Assembly (NCBI GenBank): GCA_002633005.1
Contig: NMRA01000147.1
Span: 186,001 to 250,000, forward strand
DNA length: 64,000 nucleotides
Source: Phoronis australis
Taxonomy: Eukaryota; Animalia; Phoronida
Direction: 5' to 3'
This document shows positions 62,801 through 64,000 of the stretch, piece by piece. The translations under genes were made by a program, and so were the position numbers. The notes beneath the pieces are model-generated. The model was not told where the DNA came from. It ran no database searches and was given only the letters and a program-made list of their open reading frames with translations. The stretch's first letter is position 1; the number at the start of each line of letters is the position of its first letter.

Positions 62801-64000
62801 GGTCTGTTTTTGGCGTCTTTTGCCCTTCTGTCAACCAAACCACTCTAAGGATGATTGTGGAAGTTGGCATGTATGTTCCGAATGTTAAGAGGACAGCTGT
62901 CAATGATTTTCTGACGACCTAGACTACTGTGGTGCCTCCTATTGGCAGTTCGTTTTACGCCCATGGCTGTATCTTCAAAACTCGGCAGGATCTCTATTAA
63001 ATTAAGCAATGTATTTATATGAAGTTGACAATGGATGACTACGACTTTCAGATTGATCCGACAAACACTGTGCCCCCCAGTGGCAATTTCATTTTTCCAA
63101 TTTCCTCTGTTTCTCAGAAGCTGTTTATCGGACTTTTATGAAATTTGGTAAATAGCTTTCTATTGAAACAATGACATGTTCCTGTTTTCGGATGACTTTG
63201 ACATATTTTGCACCATCTGTTGGCTATTTTTTCTGTTTCTAGTCTGTTTTTGGAAACCGCCCCTCTGTCAACGAAACCACTCCCACTCTAAGCATGATTG
63301 TGAATATTGGCATATATGTTCTTAGTGTGAAAAGAAAAGTTGACGATGATTTTCCGACAACTTCAACTGCTGTGGTGCCTCCTAGTGGCAGTTATGTTTT
63401 TTGCGCACATAGCGTCCTAGTGATAATTTCATTTTTTACATTTTCCCCAGTTTCCCAGAAGTTCGTGACGGATTTGTATGAAATTTGGTAAATAGCTTTG
63501 ACATATACCAGTTTTCGGGTGGTTTCGATACATTTTGCGCTCTCTAGTGGCCATTTTTATGATACAAATAAACACCCCTAGAAGCACATCGTTTGCGTTG
63601 CATTCGTGGAAGCATTGCTTTTGTTTTTGTTTTGTATCTGGTTGTTGACGTCTACCTCTTATGGTACAAGTCACTCTGTGGATCATTCTTAAAATTGGCA
63701 TTTGCATTTGTTTGGATTTGTATGGCTGGCGGCAATTTTTGAACAGGTCCGACTTCTGTAGCGCCCTATTGTGGCAATTTTGTTTTTTTTTGCCAGTGCC
63801 TCAATTCATGTTTTTTGACTGATATTGATGTGTTTGGTTGTTTGTCCTCTGCCTCCTTGTCCTCCAAACTTTATGAAGAATCATGATGAAAGGTGGCAGG
63901 TATGTTCCTATTGAGGAAAGCATTTCTGACTTGCTTTTCATCATCTACAGGCTATTAACTAGCGTTGGTGTGTTCAGTGGGAATGTTTAAAATAATGATC
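56830..64000 (+). mobile_element. Cluster of at least 4 HINE/Helentron-like elements with ~150-bp internal tandem repeats (~450-bp higher-order unit)
   Basis: 5' ends TTTTTATGCGTCCAC..GTGGGTGCAT (60475, 61988; variant at 59175), a (GTCY)n-like microsatellite at 59206-59263, and 3' ends GTGGG(C/T)GCATTTCAA-hairpin-CTCTTGTT (58088, 61514, ~63625). Unique sequence interrupts at ~58090-59170. Confidence 0.85.
58708..58799 (+). pseudogene. Orphan exon-like relic resembling a LamG/ConA-like domain segment
   Basis: ttttttcttactgcag acceptor and GTAAGT donor; across frameshifts it reads VNPNDDK/HLAWTY/RVYMYIDNQP; all three frames contain stops. Confidence 0.35.

Noticed and set aside
56828-63707. 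Numerous 60-105 aa ORFs in the last 7 kb
   Set aside because: They are chance frames within non-coding HINE tandem repeats; no Rep, helicase or transposase motifs were seen.

Overview
This is AT-rich, intron-rich metazoan nuclear DNA that looks like an invertebrate draft assembly, with single-N gap or ambiguity markers at 22793, 26270, 26584, 36693 and 48629. The species cannot be determined from the sequence. By chaining GT-AG splice sites with consistent phases I reconstructed four minus-strand genes. (1) The 5' part of TBC1D5 (Rab7 GAP): 12 coding exons, 396 codons, 15446->574, continuing off the left edge. (2) A small C17orf98/SPMAP1(DUF4542)-like gene near 28.2-31.2 kb. (3) A complete 5-exon, 493-aa clan-2 cytochrome P450 (48401->37416), whose last exon and 3' region are present twice across an N gap. 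(4) A Kunitz/BPTI-domain exon (54436->54240) that the ORF track misses, with candidate upstream exons. Intergenic and intronic DNA holds many non-autonomous transposons: Tc1/pogo, Harbinger and hAT-like MITEs, a Kolobok relic with THAP and KolX traces, Penelope and CR1/L2 relics, and a tRNA-SINE. The last ~7 kb is a cluster of Helentron-associated (HINE-like) elements whose ~150-bp internal repeats each carry a co-oriented CTCF-consensus-like motif. No prokaryotic-type system such as CRISPR or an operon is present. Family assignments are from recalled motifs, not database searches.
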